Shown here piece by piece: positions 40,829-52,900 of a stretch of 64,000 nucleotides of DNA. The translations under genes were made by a program, and so were the position numbers. Under the pieces are notes generated by a model. That model saw nothing but the letters and a program-made list of their open reading frames with translations. It ran no database searches and was not told where the DNA came from. The number at the start of each line of letters is the position of its first letter. The first letter of the stretch is position 1. The DNA comes from Escherichia coli (GTDB taxonomy: Bacteria; Pseudomonadota; Gammaproteobacteria; Enterobacterales; Enterobacteriaceae), in assembly GCF_001677475.2 (NCBI RefSeq), contig NZ_CP015229.1; one strand, 5' to 3'.

Positions 40829-42286
40829 TTACTTCGCCGGAATTTCTTTCAGCAGTTCAGTCAGCAGTGTCCAGTAATGACCTACGCTTTCGATGTGAAC
40901 TTGCTCATCCGGAGAGTGTGGACCGGTGATAGTTGGCCCGATAGACACCATGTCCATTTCCGGATACGGTTTTTTGAACAGACCACATTCCAGGCCCGCG
41001 TGGATAATCTGGATGTTCGGCGTCTTGTTGAACAGGCGCTGATAGGTTTCACGTACCAGATGCATCACCGGAGAATTAGCGTCCGGCTGCCAGCCAGGAT
41101 ATGCGCCTTTCGCTTCGGTTTTCGCGCCAGCCAATTTACCCAGCGAATCCAGCATGCTCACCACGTAGTCTTTACCGCTGTCGATCAGAGAACGGATCAG
41201 ACAGTGAATTTCTACGTTATTGTCAGTCATGGTCACCACACCGACGTTCAGGGAGGTTTCGACCACACCTTTTGCCACGTCGGAGTTGCGGATCACACCG
41301 TTCGGGGTGGCGTTCAGTAGACGAATAAAGGTATCGCGAGATTTCGCAATCAGGGCAGCTTTATCGTTCGCTACAGAGTCCAGCAACAAGGCCAGATTTT
41401 TCTCTTTCTCTGCCAGCTCGTTTTTCAGGATATCCTGATAGGTATTCACCAGAGATTTCAGGGCGTCGACTTTATCAGCTGCGACAGCAATGGTCGCAAA
41501 GGCTTCACGCGGGATGGCGTTACGCAGTGTGCCGCCGTTGAAATCAATAAGACGCAGGTCCAGTTCTTCTGCATGACCCGCCAGGAAGCGCACCAGCAGT
41601 TTGTTGGCATTACCCAGGCCAACGTGGATTTCACCGCCGGAGTGACCGCCTTTCAGACCTTTTAAGGTTAACTTGAAGGTTTCAAAACCAGCTGGAACCG
41701 CTTCACGATCTAAATGCAGGTTGGAGGTGAAGTCGATACCCCCCGCACAACCCATGTAGATTTCACCTTCTTCTTCGGAGTCGGTGTTAATCAAAATATC
41801 AGCCTGCAACCAGTTGCTCTGTAAGCCGAACGCACCGTCCATACCTGCTTCTTCGGTCATGGTCAGCAGCACTTCCAGCGGGCCGTGAACCACGTTTTCG
41901 TCAGCCAGAACCGCCAGTGCAGAGGCCATACCAATGCCGTTATCCGCACCCAGCGTGGTACCGCGCGCTTTAACCCATTCGCCATCAATATAAGGCTGGA
42001 TAGGATCTTTAGTGAAGTCATGCACGGTGTCGTTATTTTTCTGCGGCACCATATCGAGGTGGGCCTGCAAGACGACCGGTTTACGATTTTCCATACCTGC
42101 GGTAGCAGGTTTACGAATCAGGATATTACCTACCTGATCGCGTTCGACATGGAAACCTTTCTCTTTTGCCCAACCAACAATGTATTCAGCGAGTTGCTCT
42201 TCATGATAGGACGGGTGAGGAATAGAACAGATTTTGGCAAAAATATCCCACAGCGGCTGTGGAGATAATTGAGACAGTTCAGACAC
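40829..42286 (-). CDS. pepD: Cytosol non-specific dipeptidase (aminoacyl-histidine dipeptidase)
   Basis: 485 aa M20 family peptidase. Confidence 0.9.
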   Translation of the reverse strand: MSELSQLSPQPLWDIFAKICSIPHPSYHEEQLAEYIVGWAKEKGFHVERDQVGNILIRKPATAGMENRKPVVLQAHLDMVPQKNNDTVHDFTKDPIQPYIDGEWVKARGTTLGADNGIGMASALAVLADENVVHGPLEVLLTMTEEAGMDGAFGLQSNWLQADILINTDSEEEGEIYMGCAGGIDFTSNLHLDREAVPAGFETFKLTLKGLKGGHSGGEIHVGLGNANKLLVRFLAGHAEELDLRLIDFNGGTLRNAIPREAFATIAVAADKVDALKSLVNTYQDILKNELAEKEKNLALLLDSVANDKAALIAKSRDTFIRLLNATPNGVIRNSDVAKGVVETSLNVGVVTMTDNNVEIHCLIRSLIDSGKDYVVSMLDSLGKLAGAKTEAKGAYPGWQPDANSPVMHLVRETYQRLFNKTPNIQIIHAGLECGLFKKPYPEMDMVSIGPTITGPHSPDEQVHIESVGHYWTLLTELLKEIPAK

Positions 42287-42546
42287 GTTAAGTCTCCTTG
42301 TCGATCACCCGCAAAACAGTATTGCAGGTCACAGGGTTAGCAGAAAATGTTGTCAACACAAGACAGGCTTGCGAGATATGTTTGAGAATACCACTTTATC
42401 CCGCGTCAGGGAGAGGCAGTGCGTAAAAAGACGCGGACTCATGTGAAATACTGGTTTTTAGTGCGCCAGATCTCTATAATCTCGCGCAACCTATTTTCCC
42501 CTCGAACACTTTTTAAGCCGTAGATAAACAGGCTGGGACACTTCAC

Positions 42547-43005
42547 ATGAGCGAAAAATACATCGTCACCTGGGACATGTTGCAGATCCATGCACGTAAA
42601 CTCGCAAGCCGACTGATGCCTTCTGAACAATGGAAAGGCATTATTGCCGTAAGCCGTGGCGGTCTGGTACCGGGTGCGTTACTGGCGCGTGAACTGGGTA
42701 TTCGTCATGTCGATACCGTTTGTATTTCCAGCTACGATCACGACAACCAGCGCGAGCTTAAAGTGCTGAAACGCGCAGAAGGCGATGGCGAAGGCTTCAT
42801 CGTTATTGATGACTTGGTGGATACCGGTGGTACTGCGGTTGCTATTCGAGAAATGTATCCAAAAGCGCACTTTGTCACCATCTTCGCAAAACCGGCCGGT
42901 CGCCCGCTGGTTGATGATTATGTTGTTGATATCCCGCAAGATACCTGGATCGAACAGCCGTGGGATATGGGCGTCGTATTCGTCCCGCCAATCTCTGGTC
43001 GCTAA
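42547..43005 (+). CDS. gpt: Xanthine-guanine phosphoribosyltransferase
   Basis: 152 aa; PRPP-binding motif [11 protein letters not shown]. Confidence 0.95.
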
Positions 43006-43096
43006 TCTTTTCAACGCCTGGCACTGCCGGGCGTTGTTCTTTTTAACTTCAGGCAGGTTACAATAGTTTCCAGTAAGTATTCTGGAGGCTGCATCC

Positions 43097-44341
43097 ATGA
43101 CACAGGCAAACCTGAGCGAAACCCTGTTCAAACCCCGCTTTAAACATCCTGAAACCTCGACGCTAGTTCGCCGCTTTAATCACGGCGCACAACCGCCTGT
43201 GCAGTCGGCCCTTGATGGTAAAACCATCCCTCACTGGTATCGCATGATTAACCGTTTGATGTGGATCTGGCGCGGCATTGACCCACGTGAAATCCTCGAC
43301 GTCCAGGCGCGTATTGTGATGAGCGATGCCGAACGTACCGACGATGATTTATACGATACGGTGATTGGCTACCGCGGCGGCAACTGGATTTATGAGTGGG
43401 CTACCCAGGCGATGGTGTGGCAACAAAAAGCCTGTGCGGAAGAAGATCCGCAACTCAGTGGTCGACACTGGCTGCATGCGGCTACGTTGTACAACATTGC
43501 TGCCTATCCTCATCTAAAAGGAGATGACCTGGCCGAGCAAGCGCAGGCTTTGTCAAACCGCGCCTATGAAGAGGCCGCTCAGCGTCTGCCGGGCACGATG
43601 CGGCAGATGGAGTTTACCGTACCCGGCGGTGCGCCCATCACCGGCTTTTTGCATATGCCGAAAGGCGATGGCCCGTTCCCGACAGTATTAATGTGTGGTG
43701 GTCTGGATGCGATGCAGACGGACTATTACAGCCTGTATGAACGTTATTTTGCGCCGCGCGGCATTGCGATGCTGACTATTGATATGCCGTCGGTGGGCTT
43801 TTCTTCAAAATGGAAGCTCACCCAGGACTCCAGCCTGTTGCATCAGCACGTCTTAAAGGCGCTGCCTAACGTACCGTGGGTAGATCACACTCGCGTCGCG
43901 GCCTTTGGTTTCCGTTTCGGCGCTAACGTTGCCGTACGTCTGGCATACCTTGAATCGCCGCGTCTGAAAGCGGTTGCCTGTCTTGGTCCGGTAGTTCATA
44001 CCCTGTTGAGTGATTTTAAGTGCCAGCAACAGGTGCCGGAAATGTATCTTGACGTTCTGGCGAGTCGTTTGGGGATGCATGATGCTTCCGACGAAGCGTT
44101 ACGCGTGGAGCTGAATCGCTATTCATTAAAAGTGCAAGGATTGCTGGGACGTCGTTGCCCAACGCCAATGTTATCAGGCTACTGGAAGAACGATCCGTTC
44201 AGCCCGGAAGAGGACTCACGCTTAATCACCTCATCATCTGCTGACGGTAAATTATTAGAGATCCCATTTAACCCGGTGTATCGGAATTTTGACAAAGGCC
44301 TTCAGGAAATCACAGACTGGATCGAAAAACGATTGTGTTAA
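43097..44341 (+). CDS. frsA: Esterase FrsA (fermentation/respiration switch protein)
   Basis: 414 aa alpha/beta hydrolase. Confidence 0.9.
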
Positions 44342-44800
<459 letters not shown>

Positions 44801-44809
44801 GTGAAATGT

Positions 44810-44830
44810 GCCGGATGCATCACATCCGGC
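44810..44830. terminator. Bidirectional terminator hairpin between crl and phoE
   Basis: gccggatg-catcac-atccggc perfect stem. Confidence 0.6.
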
Positions 44831-44838
44831 AATAATCA

Positions 44839-45894
44839 TTAAAACTGATACGTCATCCCAACCGCGACAATATCATCATTATTAATATTCAATTTGTTAT
44901 CGCTATCCAGTTGGTTGATTTTATAATCAACAAACGCTGACATATTTTTGTTGAAATAATATGTAGCACCGACGTCGATATAATTGACCAGATCTTCATC
45001 ACCGATACCTTCAATATCTTTCCCTTTCGATAAGACATAACCCAGCGATGGACGCAGACCAAAGTCAAACTGATATTGAGCGACCGCTTCAAAGTTCTGT
45101 GTCTTATTGGCAAAGCCGCCAGTTATTGGCGTCATTTTGCGTGTTTCAGAATAGAAAGTTGCCAGATAAATATTATTGGCATCGTATTTCAGACCTGTTG
45201 CCCATGCTTCTGCACGCTTGCCTGTGCCACGGCTTTGCAGATTCTGCTCGTTGGTGCGATCTGAGTTGGTATAGGCCCCACTAATGGCGAAATCGCTGCC
45301 GCCAAAGTCATATGTCAATGACGTGCCGAAGCCATCGCCGTTTTGCTTTTTAACGTCGCGGTTTTCGTTTTTCCCTTGATATTGCAGGGTTAAGTTCAGG
45401 CCATCGATAACGCCGAAGAAGTCGGTGTTCCGATACGTCGCCAGACCGCTGGCGCGTTTGGTCATGAAGTTGTCGGTCTGCGCCGAGGAGTCGCCACCAA
45501 ATTCCGGGAACATATCGGTCCAGGCCTCAACGTCATACAACGCGCCCAGGTTACGACCATAATCGAAAGAACCCAAATCTTTATATTTCAACCCGGCAAA
45601 AGCGAGACGCGTTTTTTGCTGTGCAGTATCACTCTCCGCTTTATTACCGGCAAACTCCGCTTCCCACCGACCATAACCCGTCAGTTGATCGTTAATTTGT
45701 GTTTCGCCTTTAAAACCAAAACGGATATAACTCTGGTCGCCATCTTTACTGTCGTTATCACTCATATAATGCATGGCTTTAACTTTGCCATAGACATCCA
45801 GTTTATTACCGTCTTTGTTATATATTTCTGCGGCCTGTACGGATGCAGATGCCACAATGCCCATCACCACTAATGCCAGAGTGCTCTTTTTCAT
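44839..45894 (-). CDS. phoE: Outer membrane phosphoporin PhoE
   Basis: Signal peptide [21 protein letters not shown]; porin C-terminus ...GMTYQF. Confidence 0.95.
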   Translation of the reverse strand: MKKSTLALVVMGIVASASVQAAEIYNKDGNKLDVYGKVKAMHYMSDNDSKDGDQSYIRFGFKGETQINDQLTGYGRWEAEFAGNKAESDTAQQKTRLAFAGLKYKDLGSFDYGRNLGALYDVEAWTDMFPEFGGDSSAQTDNFMTKRASGLATYRNTDFFGVIDGLNLTLQYQGKNENRDVKKQNGDGFGTSLTYDFGGSDFAISGAYTNSDRTNEQNLQSRGTGKRAEAWATGLKYDANNIYLATFYSETRKMTPITGGFANKTQNFEAVAQYQFDFGLRPSLGYVLSKGKDIEGIGDEDLVNYIDVGATYYFNKNMSAFVDYKINQLDSDNKLNINNDDIVAVGMTYQF

Positions 45895-45966
45895 TTTCAT
45901 TCCTGATTTTAATTAACGCGCGAATATTCAGCGGGAGAGTCCCGTTGAAAACAGGAAAGTTTTTAA

Positions 45967-45993
45967 CCTGAGATTGTTAAAGATATATTACAG
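45967..45993 (-). promoter_or_regulatory. Candidate Pho box (PhoB binding site) upstream of phoE
   Basis: Minus-strand ctgtaatatatctttaacaatctcagg resembles CTGTCAT-type Pho box repeats. Confidence 0.55.
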
Positions 45994-46181
45994 ATTAATA
46001 ATATTCTTAAAATGTGGTAATTTATTAAATCTGTAATAAAAGCGTAAACAACTGCCGCTAGGCTTGCTGATCCCGCGCAACAAAACGCCATGCTTTGCTC
46101 GCAGATGGTTGGCAACCGACGACAGTCCTGCTAAAACGTTCGTTTGATATCATTTTTCCTAAAATTGAATGGCAGAGAATC

Positions 46182-47285
46182 ATGAGTGACAGCCAGACGC
46201 TGGTGGTAAAACTCGGCACCAGTGTGCTAACAGGCGGATCGCGCCGCCTGAACCGTGCCCATATCGTTGAACTTGTTCGCCAGTGCGCGCAGTTACATGC
46301 CGCCGGGCATCGGATTGTTATTGTGACGTCGGGCGCGATCGCCGCCGGACGTGAGCACCTGGGTTACCCGGAACTGCCAGCGACTATCGCCTCGAAACAA
46401 CTGCTGGCGGCGGTAGGGCAGAGTCGACTGATTCAACTGTGGGAACAGCTGTTTTCGATTTATGGCATTCATGTCGGGCAAATGCTGCTGACCCGTGCTG
46501 ATATGGAAGACCGTGAACGCTTCCTGAACGCCCGCGACACCCTGCGTGCGTTGCTCGATAACAATATCGTTCCGGTAATCAATGAGAACGATGCTGTCGC
46601 TACTGCGGAGATTAAGGTCGGCGATAACGATAACCTTTCTGCGCTGGCGGCGATTCTGGCGGGTGCCGATAAACTGTTGCTGCTGACCGATCAAAAAGGT
46701 TTGTATACCGCTGACCCGCGCAGCAATCCGCAGGCAGAACTGATTAAAGATGTTTACGGCATTGATGACGCACTGCGCGCGATTGCCGGTGACAGCGTTT
46801 CAGGCCTCGGAACTGGCGGCATGAGTACCAAATTGCAGGCCGCAGACGTGGCTTGCCGTGCGGGTATCGACACCATTATTGCCGCGGGCAGCAAACCGGG
46901 CGTTATTGGTGATGTGATGGAAGGCATTTCCGTCGGTACGCTGTTCCATGCCCAGGCCACTCCGCTTGAAAACCGTAAACGCTGGATTTTCGGTGCGCCG
47001 CCTGCGGGTGAAATCACGGTAGATGAAGGGGCAACCGCCGCCATTCTTGAACGCGGCAGCTCCCTGTTGCCGAAAGGCATTAAAAGCGTGACTGGCAATT
47101 TCTCGCGTGGTGAAGTCATCCGCATTTGCAACCTCGAAGGCCGCGATATCGCCCACGGTGTCAGTCGTTACAACAGCGATGCATTACGCCGTATTGCCGG
47201 ACACCACTCGCAAGAAATTGATGCAATACTGGGATATGAATACGGCCCGGTTGCCGTTCACCGTGATGACATGATTACCCGTTAA
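46182..47285 (+). CDS. proB: Glutamate 5-kinase
   Basis: Start set to internal ATG ([19 protein letters not shown]...), 367 aa. Confidence 0.95.
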
Positions 47286-47296
47286 GGAGCAGGCCG

Positions 47297-48550
47297 ATGC
47301 TGGAACAAATGGGCATTGCCGCGAAGCAAGCCTCGTATAAATTAGCGCAACTCTCCAGCCGCGAAAAAAATCGCGTGCTGGAAAAAATCGCCGATGAACT
47401 GGAAGCACAAAGCGAAATCATCCTCAACGCTAACGCCCAGGATGTTGCAGACGCGCGTGCCAATGGCCTTAGCGAAGCGATGCTTGACCGTCTGGCACTG
47501 ACGCCCGCACGGTTGAAAGGCATTGCCGACGATGTGCGCCAGGTGTGCAACCTCGCCGATCCGGTGGGGCAGGTGATTGATGGTGGTGTGCTGGACAGCG
47601 GTCTGCGTCTGGAGCGTCGTCGCGTACCGCTGGGGGTGATTGGCGTGATTTATGAAGCTCGCCCGAACGTGACAGTTGATGTCGCTTCGCTGTGCCTGAA
47701 AACCGGTAACGCAGTGATCCTGCGCGGTGGCAAAGAAACCTGTCGCACTAACGCTGCAACGGTGGCGGTGATTCAGGACGCCCTGAAATCCTGCGATTTA
47801 CCGGCGGGTGCCGTGCAGGCGATTGATAATCCTGACCGTGCGCTGGTCAGTGAAATGCTGCGTATGGATAAATACATCGACATGTTGATCCCGCGCGGCG
47901 GGGCTGGTTTGCATAAACTGTGCCGCGAACAGTCGACGATCCCGGTGATCACTGGTGGTATAGGCGTATGCCATATTTACGTTGATGAAAGTGCAGAGAT
48001 CGCTGAAGCCCTGAAAGTCATCGTCAACGCGAAAACCCAGCGTCCGAGCACATGTAATACGGTTGAAACGTTGCTGGTAAATAAAAACATAGCAGATAGC
48101 TTCCTGCCCGCATTAAGCAAACAAATGGCGGAAAGCGGCGTGACATTACACGCAGATGCAGCTGCGCTGGCGCAGTTGCAGACAGGCCCCGCGAAGGTGG
48201 TGGCGGTTAAAGCCGAAGAGTATGACGATGAGTTTCTGTCATTAGATTTGAACGTCAAAATCGTCAGCGATCTTGACGATGCCATCGCCCATATTCGTGA
48301 ACACGGCACGCAACACTCCGATGCGATCCTGACCCGCGATATGCGCAACGCCCAGCGTTTTGTTAACGAAGTGGATTCGTCCGCTGTTTACGTTAACGCC
48401 TCTACGCGTTTTACCGACGGCGGCCAGTTTGGACTGGGTGCGGAAGTGGCGGTAAGCACACAAAAACTCCACGCGCGTGGCCCAATGGGGCTGGAAGCGC
48501 TGACCACTTACAAGTGGATCGGCATTGGTGATTACACCATTCGTGCGTAA
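47297..48550 (+). CDS. proA: Gamma-glutamyl phosphate reductase
   Basis: 417 aa aldehyde dehydrogenase-type. Confidence 0.95.
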   Translation: MLEQMGIAAKQASYKLAQLSSREKNRVLEKIADELEAQSEIILNANAQDVADARANGLSEAMLDRLALTPARLKGIADDVRQVCNLADPVGQVIDGGVLDSGLRLERRRVPLGVIGVIYEARPNVTVDVASLCLKTGNAVILRGGKETCRTNAATVAVIQDALKSCDLPAGAVQAIDNPDRALVSEMLRMDKYIDMLIPRGGAGLHKLCREQSTIPVITGGIGVCHIYVDESAEIAEALKVIVNAKTQRPSTCNTVETLLVNKNIADSFLPALSKQMAESGVTLHADAAALAQLQTGPAKVVAVKAEEYDDEFLSLDLNVKIVSDLDDAIAHIREHGTQHSDAILTRDMRNAQRFVNEVDSSAVYVNASTRFTDGGQFGLGAEVAVSTQKLHARGPMGLEALTTYKWIGIGDYTIRA

Positions 48551-48664
48551 ATAAAACCGGGTGATGCAAAACTAGCCATTTGATTCACAAGGCCATTGAC
48601 GCATCGCCCGGTTAGTTTTAACCTTGTCCACCGTGATTCACGTTCGTGAACATGTCCTTTCAGG

Positions 48665-48740
48665 GCCGATATAGCTCAGTTGGTAGAGCAGCGCATTCGT
48701 AATGCGAAGGTCGTAGGTTCGACTCCTATTATCGGCACCA
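48665..48740 (+). tRNA. thrW: tRNA-Thr (anticodon CGU)
   Basis: gccgatatagctcagttggtagagcagcgcattcgtaatgcgaaggtcgtaggttcgactcctattatcggcacca; cloverleaf with CGT anticodon and CCA end. Confidence 0.95.
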
Positions 48741-48754
48741 TTTAAATCAATAAG

Positions 48755-48960
48755 TTACACATCATTAGTACCTTCCTTATTTCTTGACTGGGACAAATTT
48801 GGGACCGATGGGTTCAGAATCGAGTCTATTTGCCGTGCGTGTTCGGTAAGGTGATTAGGTGCGAGGTGAGCATATCGACGAACCATTTCAAGAGTTTCCC
48901 ATCCTCCCATTTCTGTAAGTGCAAGAAGAGAAACACTGGACTGAACCAGCCTGCTTGCCT
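48755..48960 (-). pseudogene. Tyrosine recombinase/integrase remnant (C-terminal fragment only)
   Basis: ORF encodes ...[36 protein letters not shown] (integrase C-terminus with catalytic Tyr) but lacks upstream catalytic domain; abuts thrW 3' end. Confidence 0.7.
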
Positions 48961-49103
48961 TTGCTATCAAAGTACCTTGAGGACCAGATGATTTCTGGCG
49001 ATATTTACAGCGCGTCCGCAATGAGTTTTTCTCCGTGCCGCCAGTGACGTTCCCCGCTTTTTCAGTGCGGCGATAATATCAGCGGGATGCCAGTCCTGTT
49101 GTG

Positions 49104-49574
49104 TCATACAACCACCTCGCTGATAAATTTTACGCCGTCGGCGGTGCGCAGCCAGCGCGGGGCTTTGAGTCCTTCCATGAAATACCAGACCAGTTCACAC
49201 AACAGCCCGGTCAGGGTTTGTTCCGTTTTTGGTTCCGCCGGGCGTTCCAGCAGAAGCTGGAGTAGTGCGAGGCAGTATTCGCACAAGGAATCTGGTTCGG
49301 AAATAAAGTGCTCTGGTGTGGCGGGAAGGGTATCAACGGTCAGGCTTTCAATCAGATGCGGCGGGATGGGGTCGTGCAGCGTGGGGTGCAATAGCGCAAG
49401 AGCCGCGTGAAGCCGTCCGCAGAGCGCTAGCCGTAGCGCGGGATCGTCGGTTTCGATCAGGGTTTCGGCGAAGCGGGCGCAGTAATCGGCAAGGACAGTA
49501 AAATCCGTGGTGGCATTGAAGGGGGCGGACAGCAGATCGAGTAAATCGCAGTCAGGGGTGAGGGTTGTAGCCAT
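49104..49574 (-). CDS. Hypothetical protein (island-encoded, unknown function)
   Basis: 156 aa from ATG 49572-49574 with upstream aggag RBS; no recognisable motif. Confidence 0.5.
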   Translation of the reverse strand: MATTLTPDCDLLDLLSAPFNATTDFTVLADYCARFAETLIETDDPALRLALCGRLHAALALLHPTLHDPIPPHLIESLTVDTLPATPEHFISEPDSLCEYCLALLQLLLERPAEPKTEQTLTGLLCELVWYFMEGLKAPRWLRTADGVKFISEVVV

Positions 49575-49917
49575 AGGGCGTCTCCTGTAACGGTTTATTA
49601 TGTCCGCCACTAGAGAGGCTAATCTCATGGGGGGCGGAACCGGACGGGGTTAGCCTTACCGGCGTTACAGGAAACCGGCGCGTCTTGCGACGCCCCCGCC
49701 CGGCCCGCCATTGAGGTGTAGCCGAACGCACGACACAAAAAAGACGCTGGTGCGTCAAGTGTCGCCTGTAACGGTTTTCAGGAGGCTAATCCCGACGCCT
49801 GATTTTGCAGGCGCGGGAGAAAGATACTGCGATTGGTCATGAGTGGCAAGGGCTACATCCTGTTTACCGACATCTCACGCAAAAATACCCTGATTATTAA
49901 TAGCGAAAATCAGTTTC

Positions 49918-52900
49918 TTATTTTGGCGGTAGCTTTTTGCGGTTCTTTGCCAATTGGAATCCTTCAGGTAACGGTTTGAATTTATCGCCGCCTTTAGGCC
50001 AGCGTTTTGCCCTGCTCTGAAATGCCCTTAACGAGTCGATATCCAGTGTTGCAGCGATCACAAAGTCATTATCGCCGCCCTTCACACGAGCAATATCACG
50101 CATAAAGGGTTCTTTTGCCGGGGAACGTACGCGACTATCGCCGTATTTTCGGTTATTCACTAAAATGGTATAGGCATGAATATCCAGCGCTGCTGATTCA
50201 ATCAACGATGCAAACGTATCCAGATCTTTATTCCAGCTCAATACCATTAATGCATCGAGCGCGCCCTGAAAACGGATCCTCGCTTTACTATTCTGGAGTT
50301 CAGAGCAAATCATAACGCCAAAATTGACGCCGTGATGAATATATACCGGCTTACGTTGTTTAACATTAAGTGTCGAGTCCCAAGACTTACCATAAGTTGA
50401 AAATAATGCCTCATCTTCACCTACGGCGGGTTCCAGCTTGGGTTGCCATATTTTGACACTCGCTGGATAGCCGAGTCTGTTATCTGAAAGGACAAGTACG
50501 GCCTCACTCTTCAGTTGATTATCGCCTAAGTGGCGGTATTCTGTTCCCGCAATTAGACTGATACCCGCCGAACTCAAACGATCAGCAATACTGTTAACCC
50601 AGCGTAACGGGATTGAAAGCTCGGGGAATAAAACATAATCAGGTTTAGGAGATAGTTTCAATGTTGCATTAACCAGTTCAGAAATCCGCTGGTACCTTGA
50701 ACGGGACAAGTTAGATTTATTGCAGGCCATTTTAGCCCAGTCGTCTTCCTCTGTTTTAATGCTGGTTAGCGCAACGACAATTTTATGTTTCCTGTCAGTG
50801 CCAATATGAATGAATTTCTTAGGCCGAGCTTTTTTTGTCGCTTCATCTGAGTCCTGCTCCGATGCTAGTAACGTCGGTTTGATCCATACACCGCGTAATG
50901 CTTGAGTATATTTTGCCCAAACGGTGGACGGTCTCTCATCTGGTTTTTTGTCGGATGTAGAGGGTAATCCAACACATTCGGGGGCCAGTTCTGATATTTC
51001 AGCGGGAGTTAAAGGACGTGTAGGGAAAATGTAAGGTAGGTAACTTTCGTTCTTACGATTTCCTTTAGCCACTTTTTCCAGTCGGGTATTCTTGGTTGAT
51101 TTCAAAAATAGCTTAATAACGTCAATATCAATAAGCGATGAGTCCCTCATTAATTTCAGTATTTTAACTTCTTTTTTACGATCACGCTGATTAACAAGTT
51201 TTTCTGCCGACTGACTCTTTACGATCTGTTTATAAGGTTCCTTTGCTAAATCAGCTCGAGCTACCAATGGCGCTTTTAAATAAAAATCTGCTGAATCAAA
51301 GCGAAGATCCAGTAAATCCTTTAGATTTGTCAGACTTTGTGAAATATGATTAAAAAATGTATCCGCAAGGCACTCTTCTTTCTTTGAACGTTTATCAAGA
51401 AATAATCTGTCAGGACTGTAATATCGTGTCGCTGCATCAACAAATAGCCAGCTTAATGTGCCTTTTATACAGCGCCAAAGATCATTTACTGCTCGAGTTT
51501 TGCAACCATTTATAGTCACTTCCTTACCTGAAGTAATCACCGATGCCAACAGGTTGATGGACTCGTAAGCTTTAAGTACAATTTTTTCCGCGTGCTGCCA
51601 TTCATTCATACTGATAGCAAAGCCAAGCAGCCTTGGCAGATAACTAAAATGTGCAAATAGATTATCAGCCCTAAGAATATGGTTGTAGGCAAACTGATAA
51701 AACTCTTCCCGCTGTTCTTTCCATTCACTTGGAGACAGATCTCGTGCCAGTGTTTCAACGTAGCGTAATTGCAGTGACCAGCCCAAACGACGAATGGTTA
51801 ATCCATCCGCACGGCGCAGAGTATCGGCATTTTCACCTACACTACCGGCAGCGGAAAGGACTTTAGCTGCGGTGGAGTGTTCCAGTTGATCCGGTGAAGG
51901 CATCAAGCGGTGTTCACTAGAAAGCTCGTAGATCTCCTTTTCGATACTGTCGAGCAGATCTATTCCTGCCCTCCCTTGAAGCACGAAAAGTTTTTGCTTA
52001 TCGGATTGTAACTGGATGGTGGTCTTACCCTGGAAATGCTCGCCCTGCTGTATTTGCCATATTTGTTTTTTCTCGTTTTTCAGATAAACGCAATCATTGC
52101 CAAGCCTATCTTGCAGCAATAACATAAATTCGTGATTATTAGTAATTTTACCTGTATCGCGTATTACAAGGAACATATCATCGACATAACGACCGTAGTG
52201 AATTGGCGACAGTTTTTCAATGACTAATTTATCCCAATGGTGTAGCAATATATTGGAAATGATCCGACTGGCTGTTAATCCAATGACCAGACCACCATTA
52301 ATAACAGGTGTTTTGTACGCTATTTTTTTTCCAAATGCCGCTGCGCCGTCAGACCAGTGCTTTAAGAATACAGCTAACTGTGCAGTAAACGCTTTTTCAT
52401 GCTCAGTCAGTTTTATGTTTAGTGTGTTATAGAGATCATCAGAGGTTATAGCCAGTGGATCAATAAAATGATAGTAACTTTTTAAATCCAGTGAGGCGGC
52501 GATAATGTCACGATCTTTTTCCAACTCGTCACGTATAGCTTTTAAGCCATCACCACGCCATTTTTGGTAGGGCTGGAAATAGGGGCTAAAAGAACCCACG
52601 GCACTGATATGGAATGGATTATCCTGCTCATTGCTAAATAATTCATCATTACGAATACGTTTTAGCCGCGCGCCATAACAACAGTTGTCTAAGCTGGCAT
52701 CAAATTTATGCCCGACCATATTAATCCATAGTGCAGAGATAATGTGACTATCAACCGGGAAGTCACCAATAATACGAAACTCTGGTATCAGATCAAAATT
52801 ATTAAATAAATGGTCGGCTGCTCGTTTAGGATTAGAAAAGTGGACGTGTCCATTTTGGAATTCATGTTTTTTCTTTGTGGTTAATTTTTTCGGTAACAAA

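Noticed and set aside
49839-49979. 46-codon plus-strand ORF (MSGKGYILFTDISRK...) overlapping the RT gene 3' end
   Set aside because: Short, partly antisense to the RT-nitrilase coding end, no RBS; the region is treated as candidate noncoding/regulatory instead.
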